From: Phycisphaerae bacterium
GTDB taxonomy: Bacteria > Planctomycetota > Phycisphaerae > UBA1845
Reading direction: 5' to 3'
Assembly (NCBI GenBank): GCA_963666835.2
Contig: CAXXGO010000001.1
Span: forward strand, 960,001 to 1,024,000
Length of the DNA: 64,000 bases
Of this stretch, positions 43,809 to 52,759 are shown one piece after another. The position numbers and the translations under genes were made by a program. The number at the start of each line of letters is the position of its first letter. Position 1 is the stretch's first letter. The notes under the pieces are model-generated. The model was not told where the DNA came from and made no database searches. It worked only from the letters and a program-made list of their open reading frames with translations.

Positions 43809-45080
43809 TCAGTCCTCCTGGCTGCAGGGCAAAACGAAATGCAACGTGCATCCGCCATCTGCGTTGGGGCTCGCCCACAGGCGACCGTGGTGGGCCGTAA
43901 TGATCGAGCTGCAAATCGCCAAACCCATGCCCATTCCGTCGGCCTTTGTAGTGAAGAAGGGTTCGAACATGTGCTCGGCTACCTTGTCCGATAACCCTGA
44001 TCCGTGGTCGTGTATGGAGACCTTCACGCCGTCATCGCATATAGTCGTCTCGACGATCATCTGTCGCCGTTCGGGCTTTGTCTCCAGCATTGCCTCCAGT
44101 CCGTTCCGAACTAAGTTGAGCAGCACCTGTTGGAGTTGCACCCGATCGCCCATGATCGGCCGGACGTCTTTGCCGAGGCAGAAACACACCTTGGCGTTCT
44201 CGCACCGGCCGAGCGCTTCTGCGATGGGAGCGATTCCTTTGACCAGTTCATTGATATTCAAGATGGAATACTCAGGCTCGCATCTGCGGAGCTGATCCCT
44301 CAGCCCCTGTACGACCCTGCTGGCCCGCTCAACGTCTTCTAAGATGTCTCCTAAGGCGTCCTGCACTTCGCCGGCAGACACATCTGCGTCGAGCATCCTC
44401 TGCGCCGCGCGGGCGTTGGTGCCGATGGCACAAAGCGGCTGGTTCAGCTCGTGCGCCATTGCGGCCGCGAACTCGCCTACGGCGTGGACGCGGCTCATGT
44501 GAGCGATCTCGGCCTGCTGGATTCGAATCGTCTCCTCGGCCTGCTTTACCGGAGTGATGTCCCGCTCGGTGGTGGCGATCGCCTCGAGCTTACCTGACGC
44601 ATCAATCAGGGCCGTGACGGTCAGCCAGATGTTTATGGTCCTGGCATCCTTCGTCAGCCGGGTCGTCTCAAAGGACTTGACGGTCTCGCCTGAAGCGATC
44701 TGGTAAGCGAAGGCCTGAGCTTCGGGTCGCGAATCAGGCGGGACGAGCTTCAGGATGCTCATCCCCAAGGCCTCTGCCTCGGTGTAGCCGTACATCAGCT
44801 CGGCGCCCCGGTTCCAGGCGAGGATTTGCCCATCGAAAGTCTGGATAATGACCGCATCGTTGGAGTTCCTGACGATGGCCGTGAGGCGTCGCAGCTCCGC
44901 CTCCGCGTCTTTGCGGTCGCGCGGAGCTGCCTCTTTGGGCAGGTGTTTGACGAGAGCGGGCGCGGGCAGCTCTGTTTGAACCCCAGCGACGGCGGCCGGC
45001 GCGTGTGCCGGCGTGCCCGAGCCCGGCCCCTGCATGCTACCGGTCTTCGAGGATTGTCGCCTCTGCCTCCGGCTTTTCAT
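43809..45080 (-). CDS. Soluble PAS-domain sensor histidine kinase (FixL-like kinase core)
   Basis: GGAGG then ATG 45080; PAS WNRGAELMYGY; AHELNQPL, QVLLNLVRNG, DHGSG, FFTTK, GMGLAI; no transmembrane segment. Confidence 0.92.
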   Translation of the reverse strand: MKSRRQRRQSSKTGSMQGPGSGTPAHAPAAVAGVQTELPAPALVKHLPKEAAPRDRKDAEAELRRLTAIVRNSNDAVIIQTFDGQILAWNRGAELMYGYTEAEALGMSILKLVPPDSRPEAQAFAYQIASGETVKSFETTRLTKDARTINIWLTVTALIDASGKLEAIATTERDITPVKQAEETIRIQQAEIAHMSRVHAVGEFAAAMAHELNQPLCAIGTNARAAQRMLDADVSAGEVQDALGDILEDVERASRVVQGLRDQLRRCEPEYSILNINELVKGIAPIAEALGRCENAKVCFCLGKDVRPIMGDRVQLQQVLLNLVRNGLEAMLETKPERRQMIVETTICDDGVKVSIHDHGSGLSDKVAEHMFEPFFTTKADGMGMGLAICSSIITAHHGRLWASPNADGGCTLHFVLPCSQED

Positions 45081-45178
45081 CTGGACCTCCCGGCAGCAAC
45101 GTTCGCGGAAAGATGGTCTCAAACCGCACCATTGTAACGATGGCAGGAACCGTTCCGCAACTTGCTGGGGGCCTACCT

Positions 45179-45244
45179 TGCCCTAAAGTCCAACGTGGCT
45201 AGGGCCAACGGCCAATAGTACCGGACGGCTCCTCCGGGCATACT
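45179..45244 (+). promoter_or_regulatory. Tandem-box activated promoter P2
   Basis: TGCCCTAAAGTCCA-N8-AGGGCCAACGGCCA-N24-CATACT. Confidence 0.7.
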
Positions 45245-45452
45245 CCGAGAGCTGCTCGGCTGCGCTAGTTACGACGGCGCGGGTCCGGGTTCTATGGACG
45301 TTAGCGTCCCTGCCTCCGGCGACGGGACCGCGGTTGGGGCGTTCCGAGCAGGCTCGGTCTTGGGGTTTATCTCGATGCCGCGCGGGTTGGGTATTGCAAC
45401 GCGAAGCAGCAGGTGGCGAGAGGCTGTCAACGTGCTGGAGTAGTAACGACCG

Positions 45453-46130
45453 ATGATCGAACACCTTTCATTTGCTCCGATATGGCTGCCCGTGTTGATC
45501 TTCTGTGCGCGAGTCGCGGACGTTTCGATCGGGACTCTTCGCATGATCTGCATTGTGCGGGACCAAAGGCCGCTAGCGGTGGTTCTGAGCTTTGCCGAAG
45601 TGACCATCTGGCTGTTAGCGGTGACCAGTGTGCTGACTCATCTGGACCAGTGGGTCAACATCCTCGCATACGCTGGGGGTTACGCAACGGGCAGCGCCGT
45701 TGGCATGTGGATCGAGAGCCGGCTCGCGCTCGGTACCCAGTTGGTGACATTCGTCTCATGCGGGACGGCGCAGGCGGTTGCGGAGCGGCTGCGATTTGCC
45801 GATCACGTTGTCACGACGATTGCGGGCAGGAATCACGATGGCCCAGTGTCCATCTGCCACGCGATTCTTCCACGCAAGCAGACGGCGGCGGTTATTCGGA
45901 TGGCACGAGAGATTGACCCGGACGTCATGGCGACGATCGAGGATGTTCGCGCTACGACGATTCATCACGCGGCGGGTTGCGGGCCGGGAAAGGTGCCTTT
46001 GTCATGGCGAGGCTCGATCCTGAACCGCCTGTTTGGAGGGTCTCAGCGCGGGCGTATGGCCTTCGACGGACGCCGCCGCGCAGCTTCCGGCGGCTTCGAC
46101 CCCGACACCGCTGTTTCGGAAGCGGCGTAG
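45453..46130 (+). CDS. UPF0316 (DUF5698/DUF2179) membrane protein
   Basis: IFCARVADVSIGTLR, FAEVTIW, YAGGYATG, IESRLALG, EIDPD. Confidence 0.88.
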   Translation: MIEHLSFAPIWLPVLIFCARVADVSIGTLRMICIVRDQRPLAVVLSFAEVTIWLLAVTSVLTHLDQWVNILAYAGGYATGSAVGMWIESRLALGTQLVTFVSCGTAQAVAERLRFADHVVTTIAGRNHDGPVSICHAILPRKQTAAVIRMAREIDPDVMATIEDVRATTIHHAAGCGPGKVPLSWRGSILNRLFGGSQRGRMAFDGRRRAASGGFDPDTAVSEAA

Positions 46131-46257
46131 TACTTCGCCGCACTGCAGAGGCGTCTTCGTTGCCTACACGCCGCTGTTCGCCTCGAACGCGGCATGCTCT
46201 ATGCCAGCAGCCGACCGGGGCTTGGTTTCAACATCGAGGGACTACCGGAGGTGACCC

Positions 46258-47619
46258 GTGCCTGACGCAGTCGACCGTCCGGCAGAAGAGCTTCAGAGCC
46301 TGATCGCCGAGGGCGATGGCGAGCGGCTTGACGAGTACGTGGGGTACCTCACTGCAGGCGAGACGGCGCGCGCGGTTTCCTGCCTGGAGGAGGGTGACCA
46401 GGCCCGCCTGCTGGATCTGATGTCTTCGGCGGATGCGGCGGCTCTTGTCGAGCAGATCCCCTGCGTCCAGGCGGCTCCGCTGATAGAGCATCTGGAGCCT
46501 GAGAAAGCGGCGGAGATTCTCCGCGAGCTCCCGAGTGACGAGCAAGCAGATTTGCTCACTGCGATCGAGCCGGAAAACGCGGAAGCCATCCTCGCAGAGA
46601 TGACCCCGCATGAGTCGCAGACCGTTCGGGAGCTTACCAACTACCCGGGCGATGTCGCGGGCGGACTCATGGTCGCCGAGTACGTCGACTTTCCGACCGA
46701 AGCCACTGTCGGCGACGTGATAGCCGGCCTTCAGCGCGGGGCCGACAAGTATCGTGATTATGCCGTGCAATACGTCTATGTCACTGCGGAAACGGGTGAG
46801 CTTGTTGGGGTCCTTCGGCTGCGTGATCTGCTGCTCGCCGGCAGGCATCAGGTCATTAGAAGCCTGATGATCCAAGAGCCGCGGTCTGTCCCGGTTCTTG
46901 CCGGCGTCGACGAGCTCTTCGATTTCTTCAGCCGGCATCATCTCTTAGGTGCGCCCGTCGTAGATGACGCCGGCAATCTTCTTGGGATTGTACACCGTGC
47001 CGCCGTCGAGGCGGCGCGAGGCGCCCATAGCGAAAGCAACTACCTCAAGTCCCAGGGCATTGTTGGCGGTGAGGAACTGCGCGCGATGCCGTTGCTGCTG
47101 CGCTCGCGTCGGCGGCTGGCATGGTTAAGCCTGAACATCGTCCTCAACATCGTCGCGGCCAGCGTGATTGCTTTCTATCAGGAAACGCTTGCTGCGGTGA
47201 TCGCCCTGGCCGTGTTCCTCCCGATCATCTCGGACATGAGCGGGTGCTCGGGCAGCCAAGCGGTTGCAGTGAGCATCAGGGAACTGACCATGGGGTTTGT
47301 GCGCCCGGTGGAGCTGGGTTATGTGCTTGCCAAGGAAGCCTGCGTTGGCTGCCTCAACGGACTTGTGCTGGGCATTCTCATCGCGTCGGTCGCTTGGCTG
47401 TGGAAAGGAAATCCCTTCCTCGGGCTCGTTGTCGGGGCGGCTATGGCTCTTAACACGCTCGTGTCCGTTTCCATTGGTGGGACCGTTCCGCTGATTCTGA
47501 AGCGGATGAATGTGGATCCTGCTCTGGCTTCCGGTCCAATCTTGACCACGATCACGGATATGTGTGGGTTCTTCTTGGTGCTCAGCCTTGCATCGGCTGC
47601 GCTGCCGCTCCTGTCGTAA
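46258..47619 (+). CDS. mgtE: Magnesium transporter MgtE
   Basis: MgtE_N, CBS pair (AGGLM, LVGVLRLRDL), RLAWL, SGCSGSQA, DPALASGPILTTITD. Confidence 0.93.
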   Translation: MPDAVDRPAEELQSLIAEGDGERLDEYVGYLTAGETARAVSCLEEGDQARLLDLMSSADAAALVEQIPCVQAAPLIEHLEPEKAAEILRELPSDEQADLLTAIEPENAEAILAEMTPHESQTVRELTNYPGDVAGGLMVAEYVDFPTEATVGDVIAGLQRGADKYRDYAVQYVYVTAETGELVGVLRLRDLLLAGRHQVIRSLMIQEPRSVPVLAGVDELFDFFSRHHLLGAPVVDDAGNLLGIVHRAAVEAARGAHSESNYLKSQGIVGGEELRAMPLLLRSRRRLAWLSLNIVLNIVAASVIAFYQETLAAVIALAVFLPIISDMSGCSGSQAVAVSIRELTMGFVRPVELGYVLAKEACVGCLNGLVLGILIASVAWLWKGNPFLGLVVGAAMALNTLVSVSIGGTVPLILKRMNVDPALASGPILTTITDMCGFFLVLSLASAALPLLS

Positions 47620-47629
47620 CCGGGACCCG

Positions 47630-48130
47630 CTACGCGGCAGGTCGCAGTACATGCGCCTCGGACAGTTCCCCCGGCGGGAAATCGATTCGCACGGGCCTGC
47701 GGGGCGCACGTCCCATCAACCAGAATCGGATGCGCTCCCACCATGTAAGTGATGTCTTCCAGTGGTTGATTGCTCTTCTGATCCTCGTGACCGCTCGGTG
47801 GTTCTCGTCGTTGATCTCGTCCAGAACCCACAGGCATCCGGATACGTTATGGGCCAGGAGTAACGCTGTAGCGTAGTTGGCCTTGACGACCGTTGGAATG
47901 TCCGGCCTGAGCGAGATGCCGTCCGGCTCGAGAACCAGGTCGCGATAGAGCTCGATGGCATTGACGATGTGTCCCACACGCATCAGGCTGACACCGTACG
48001 CGTCCGTCAGGGCCGGCGACCTGTGGCGGTGCTTGTCGAGGGCCACAAGTGCCTTGTATGGCCTGCCCGCCTTCAAGAACTTCCGTGCCTCTTCAACGAT
48101 GGTGTTGTCATCTCTTACATTCGTAGCCAT
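47630..48130 (-). CDS. Hypothetical helical/TPR-like protein
   Basis: AYGVSLMRVG...AIELYRDL, NYATALL; start at 48130 is consistent with promoter P3. Confidence 0.65.
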   Translation of the reverse strand: MATNVRDDNTIVEEARKFLKAGRPYKALVALDKHRHRSPALTDAYGVSLMRVGHIVNAIELYRDLVLEPDGISLRPDIPTVVKANYATALLLAHNVSGCLWVLDEINDENHRAVTRIRRAINHWKTSLTWWERIRFWLMGRAPRRPVRIDFPPGELSEAHVLRPAA

Positions 48131-48244
48131 GGCTGGACATCCGACCCTCTGTCGAAACTGCGTTCTCACCGCGAGCTTGCTTATCAGATATCTGTCCTGC
48201 AGACTTCTCAGGCATTGTTCCTTGATTGTGGACCCGCCATACAT

Positions 48245-48310
48245 ATTGTTAATCGTCGTTCGCCGTGAGGAAATTGGACCTCAGTCCAGGTTTGATGGGA
48301 CTTTCGGGAT
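48245..48310 (-). promoter_or_regulatory. Tandem-box activated promoter P3
   Basis: ATCCCGAAAGTCCC-N8-TGGACTGAGGTCCA-N24-AACAAT; second box is a perfect TGGAC-N4-GTCCA palindrome. Confidence 0.7.
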
Positions 48311-48484
48311 ATGGGAGGCGTGCCGCGCAGAGAGGGCAGCCAAGGCCGCGCGGTCATCGAAGCGATAGCAGGGGCGCTGTAAGAACGTATGGCGTTATCG
48401 ATTGCAGGCGGTTATATCGTCTGCCGTAGTCTGGATTCCCGCACCGGTCGAGTTCCTCTTCCATTCCCGCTAATCATGGCGGGT

Positions 48485-48550
48485 AGGGCGAAAGTCTCAT
48501 ACGAGTGGGCCTCAAAGCCTATAACATGTGGCCCTGCAGTCCTTTATACT
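48485..48550 (+). promoter_or_regulatory. Tandem-box activated promoter P4
   Basis: AGGGCGAAAGTCTC-N8-GGGCCTCAAAGCCT-N24-TATACT. Confidence 0.65.
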
Positions 48551-48618
48551 GGCAGCGTAGGAAAAGCGCCACGCGCCGGCAAGGCGTGAGCCATGAGTGG
48601 TAAGCCGGGGCAGGAACG

Positions 48619-50325
48619 ATGATCTTCAAGGGTAGGTGTATCAGCCGCGGGGTTGCGCGAGGTCCTGCGATCCTGTGGGATTCGGGACCAGCCCTGGCTT
48701 CTGCGCTGAAGACCCGCCCAAGCGGTCCTCCGGCGTTCGAGCTGGAGCGGCTAAACGCGGCAATCGGACGTGCGTGTGTCCAGCTTAACAGGATCCGCCG
48801 ACAGGTCGCGTGGCGCGCCACGGATCATTGCGAAGTGATCTTCGACACGCACGCCAGCTTGCTTCGTGACGCAGCATTCGTCGACAGAATCGAACACGCC
48901 ATCGTCGCAGACGGCCAATCAGCCGAGTCCGCGGTTTCACAGGTGGTTGGGGAACTTCATTCCAAGTTCTCGCGAAGTCAGACTCCGCTGGTGCATGAGA
49001 AGGCGGCGGATATCCTCGACATCGGATGGCGCTTGATCCGATGTCTTTCCACGACGCCCGCGAAGGATGATGCCTACTTCGCGGGTAAGGTCATCTTAGC
49101 CATCCTGGTGACACCTTCTGAGTTCGTTTATTTCGTCCAGCAAGGTGCCGTTGCGGTAGTCACCGAGTCCTGTGGCGCGAAATCACACACTGCCATTCTT
49201 GCCCGTGGGCTGGGCATTCCCTTGGTCACCGGCGTTTCCGCGGCTTCTGACATCCTGGCCACCGAAGTAGAAGTCCTTGTCGATGCCGATAGCGGCACAG
49301 TTGTCGTAGAACCCGACCAGGCCGATCCTGTCGTCGTACGACCCATCACGGATCGCCTCCAACATCGTACTGTCGGACGACCGGATCCGGTGCCCCCGGT
49401 TACCGCGGATGGCGTTTCGATCGAGTTGTTGTTGAACATCAGCATTCCCGCCGAAGCGGCCGCCGTGCGTTTGCTGGGCGCCGCCGGCGTCGGCCTGTTT
49501 CGCACCGAGTTCCTGTACATGGACTGCCTGGCTTGGCCGTCCGAAGATCAGAGCTACGCGGCATATCGGCGAGTGGCATCCGAGATCCAAGACGCGGAGC
49601 TGAATATCCGGTTGGCCGACTTTGGTGCGGAGAAGTGCCCGCCGTACGCGGACATTCCGGTCAATCGCAATCCCAGCCTTGGCTTGCGTGGGTTGCGGCT
49701 TCTGCTTCAAAGAGAGGACATTCTCCGGCCGCAGCTCTGCGCGATTTCGCGGCTGGCCCGGGAACGTCCTCTGACGGTTCTGCTTCCCATGCTTGACACG
49801 GTTGACTGTCTTCATGGGGCAACAAACAAGGTGTGCCGAATCCTGGGCTGCAAGGACCGACACGGCCTGCCTTTCAAACTGGGAACGATGATCGAGGTCC
49901 CCTCGGCTGCGTTGCAGGTCGACGAGATCTTACCGTATGTGGAGTCGATCGCCCTCGGGTTGAACGATCTGACTCAGTACTTGTTGGCCGCCGATCGGGA
50001 CGACGAGCTGGTCGAAGGTTACCATGACGCCCTGCAGCCGACGGTGCTCAGGCTTACGCGCGCGGTGGTCGAATCGGCCGGCCGTGCCGGCAAGCCGGTT
50101 ACCGTTTGTGGCGAACTGGCCGGCGACCCGACCATGACGGCTCCGCTCCTGGCCTTGGGTGTCAGACGCCTCAGTGTTTCGCAGTCCATGTTCCAGGATG
50201 TTGTCGAGGCGATCCGCCGCGTTCCGCTGGGTTCATTAGATGATCTTGCTGACCGGATTCTGAGCCTCGAATCAGGCGAGGCGGTTCGCAAGGTTCTTGC
50301 TGAGGAGCTGAAGTTGTATAAGTAG
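48619..50325 (+). CDS. PEP-protein phosphotransferase (PTS enzyme I-like)
   Basis: SHTAILAR phospho-His, GVGLFRTEF, NPSLGLRG, MIEVP, NDLTQY, VCGELA. Confidence 0.9.
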   Translation: MIFKGRCISRGVARGPAILWDSGPALASALKTRPSGPPAFELERLNAAIGRACVQLNRIRRQVAWRATDHCEVIFDTHASLLRDAAFVDRIEHAIVADGQSAESAVSQVVGELHSKFSRSQTPLVHEKAADILDIGWRLIRCLSTTPAKDDAYFAGKVILAILVTPSEFVYFVQQGAVAVVTESCGAKSHTAILARGLGIPLVTGVSAASDILATEVEVLVDADSGTVVVEPDQADPVVVRPITDRLQHRTVGRPDPVPPVTADGVSIELLLNISIPAEAAAVRLLGAAGVGLFRTEFLYMDCLAWPSEDQSYAAYRRVASEIQDAELNIRLADFGAEKCPPYADIPVNRNPSLGLRGLRLLLQREDILRPQLCAISRLARERPLTVLLPMLDTVDCLHGATNKVCRILGCKDRHGLPFKLGTMIEVPSAALQVDEILPYVESIALGLNDLTQYLLAADRDDELVEGYHDALQPTVLRLTRAVVESAGRAGKPVTVCGELAGDPTMTAPLLALGVRRLSVSQSMFQDVVEAIRRVPLGSLDDLADRILSLESGEAVRKVLAEELKLYK

Positions 50326-50827
50326 CCTAACTGGGCTGGAGAACTGCCCAGCTCGAAACGCGCGGTGTTCGCGGAGAAGGGCAATGGTCCGAACAAGATC
50401 TGTGGGCAGCGCCTGCCGGAAGTGTGGATCTACTGCATCACAGCCTGGTCGGTGTCTGTGAATTGGGGTGGGCCATTGAGATCAACGATGGGGGACTTCT
50501 GCCTCTGACGTCCGTACATGGGGGCTTGGCTACGGAGCCCCGAGCACCGCGTCGTGGTCGCCACTCGTCGACGGATCCGGCAGGTCCATGGGCTTTCGGC
50601 GGACGCCGCCTAGCCTGGGCCGCTCAATTGGCTAAACAGTTTTCGCAAGCCTCCGCGTCGGGAGTTTCTCACGCACGGCGAGGAGGAATCAGTGAGCGAA
50701 CGTGCTGCTCGGGCACGCGCCCCAGGGGGTTGGAATGTCGGCGTGCCGCGCTATCGTATTACGCACGGTTCAGACTCGATATTAACGATGTTTCCTGTTG
50801 ACCCCCGTGGCCGGGTACGCGCCATCG

Positions 50828-51550
50828 TCACCTTGCTTTTGTTGTGCCCCCTTTCATCGCAGTGCGCACGGCCAAGATTGCCTCAACGGCCTGGTCGATG
50901 GCGAAGTGCTCCATGTTGAGCGTCAGATCACACCGCATTGGATCATTGATGTCAACACGGAAGTGCTGCCGAACAAACTCAGCACGCTCTCGGTCTATCC
51001 TGGTTACGAGATCTCCGGCCTGTTTTAAGGTGATGCCATGGCGATCGGCGAATCGCTGCAAACGCATCGCGATGGGTGCTACAATCCGAACCCGGAAGCC
51101 AAGGTTCAGCGGCAGCATGAGATCGGCGCCGCGGCCTACGAAAACGGCAGAACCTTGGCGAGCCAACGAGAGTGTCGTCTTTACAAGGCGTCGAAAGTAG
51201 TCGTTCCTGCTGAACTCTGGATCGGTGACCGAACGAAAGGCCTCCTCCCACCAGCCCAAGTCTTGCTCATCAAGGGACTCGTAGATTCTGTGGCGGGTCG
51301 CGTCGTCTCCGGCCATGGCTTGCAGGATTTCCTTATCCAGCCGCGGCCATTTGAGTCGCGCAGCCAAGGCGGCGGATATTTCCGATGCCCCAGCCCCCAC
51401 TTGCCGGGAGATGGTGATGAAATCCTCGACTTCCTGTCGGAGGGTCTCATCGCCAAGCGAGCGTTGAGTCCGTCTCATCTCCCAGTTCCGCAGCTGCCGA
51501 TCCACCATCTTTGCAATCTCAGGGCTATCGAATTTCCGCCGTTCCAACAT
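50828..51550 (-). CDS. Cytidylate kinase-like family protein
   Basis: ITISRQVGAGA, LDKEIL, VFVGRGA, RVRIVAP, DLTLN. Confidence 0.85.
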   Translation of the reverse strand: MLERRKFDSPEIAKMVDRQLRNWEMRRTQRSLGDETLRQEVEDFITISRQVGAGASEISAALAARLKWPRLDKEILQAMAGDDATRHRIYESLDEQDLGWWEEAFRSVTDPEFSRNDYFRRLVKTTLSLARQGSAVFVGRGADLMLPLNLGFRVRIVAPIAMRLQRFADRHGITLKQAGDLVTRIDRERAEFVRQHFRVDINDPMRCDLTLNMEHFAIDQAVEAILAVRTAMKGGTTKAR

Positions 51551-51623
51551 GCTCCGAACTCCTTCTCACCTGTCGTAGCCAGTTACCCGCGCATGCAGGT
51601 TCTTCTGCCTGCGCGACGGATAC

Positions 51624-52508
51624 TTACTGTGTAGCGTCCTGCTTCTTCTTTGCCGTTAGCAAGACAAGCCCGCGCGCCGCCCGCATGACCGCCGTGGTCA
51701 CACTCCCGAGGACCATGTGGTAAAGCTTTGAACGGCCGTACGCACCCATGACCAGCAAGGTATGCTCAGCCGTGCGACAGACGATCGCGGAGGACGCGTC
51801 GCCGGCATCGTGCTCGAACGCCGCAGTTTGCAGTTCCGGGAACTGATTTCTTGCGTTCTCCCAAAGGGATGAGCAGCGCGCGGGATCCCGTTCAACCGTG
51901 ATCACCGTTATTGGGAGGTCAAGTGCCCGTGAGCAGTCTATACCCGTCCGCAGCACCGCGTCATCAAGTGATTTCCCGCCGTAGGCGACTATGACTCTGT
52001 GCGGCCAGACATAGTGCTCCGGGGTGAGCAGCACCGGCTTATGCGAACGTCGAATAATCAGCTCGGTGTTCGTCCCCAGAAGCCCACCGTGGTCGGACCG
52101 GTGCCCGAGCTTGCCTAACACAAGCAATGAGGCTCGGTTGCTTGCCTCAACCATGCAGTCCGTCACTCGCCCTTGAGCTCGTTCAATAGAGACGGGGTAT
52201 CCGATCTCTCGGGCAGTCTGCTCGATTTGCTGCGCCGTGCGGTTTCCCGCGAGCGTTGCCAGCCTCTCGGCCTCCTCCATGAAATGTCTGAGCGCGTCGC
52301 CGTGCCCTACGAGCATTCCGCAAGATACTATGAAGTCTTCGACGATCAGGCTTTCGACGTTGACAGACGTTCTTCGGGCGATTTCGAGAGCATAACGCAA
52401 CGCCTGAAGGGACCGGGCAGAACCGCCAACGCCAACAAGAAGATGCTGGAACAGGTCTTCGGGTTGGCGATCGCTGCTGCCCGACGCATGGGTTGAGTTC
52501 CTCTGCAT
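51624..52508 (-). CDS. Universal stress protein (tandem USP domains)
   Basis: LLVLGKLG...LGTNTE...KPVL; LLVMGAYGRS...LGSVT. Confidence 0.88.
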   Translation of the reverse strand: MQRNSTHASGSSDRQPEDLFQHLLVGVGGSARSLQALRYALEIARRTSVNVESLIVEDFIVSCGMLVGHGDALRHFMEEAERLATLAGNRTAQQIEQTAREIGYPVSIERAQGRVTDCMVEASNRASLLVLGKLGHRSDHGGLLGTNTELIIRRSHKPVLLTPEHYVWPHRVIVAYGGKSLDDAVLRTGIDCSRALDLPITVITVERDPARCSSLWENARNQFPELQTAAFEHDAGDASSAIVCRTAEHTLLVMGAYGRSKLYHMVLGSVTTAVMRAARGLVLLTAKKKQDATQ

Positions 52509-52629
52509 TGCCTATCGCCTCATAAAACGCCAGGCCTTGGGAACAACCGGCCATCGTAGAGCTCCGCCGGCACTCATTGTCGCGGGAGCCGCTCGCCGAA
52601 TCAATTGGCGTTCCCGATTCCCTGGTCTT

Positions 52630-52651
52630 CGGCACCGGCTCGCCGGTGCCG
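52630..52651. terminator. GC-rich hairpin between the lon-like gene and usp
   Basis: CGGCACCGGC-TC-GCCGGTGCCG perfect inverted repeat; no clear U-tract. Confidence 0.35.
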
Positions 52652-52759
52652 GTCGTAGCAGGCGGTGTTCTTGCACCTGCTCAGGTTGGTGGACATACTT
52701 CGCGGTACGGGTAGCCGGGCGGCAATCCACGGCCAGGCGATCTAACACGGGGCGTTCAG

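Noticed and set aside
45245..45452. Mg-sensing (M-box) leader before DUF5698-mgtE
   Set aside because: Long leader but no recognisable consensus
50326..50827. Possible small ORFs or ncRNA between enzyme I and the cytidylate-kinase-like gene
   Set aside because: No recognisable protein or RNA motif in any frame examined
52576..52641. Fifth tandem-box promoter upstream of usp
   Set aside because: Has CCAAT and TTGATT-17-GACAAT, but the boxes match poorly and the best upstream box is 17 rather than 22 bp away
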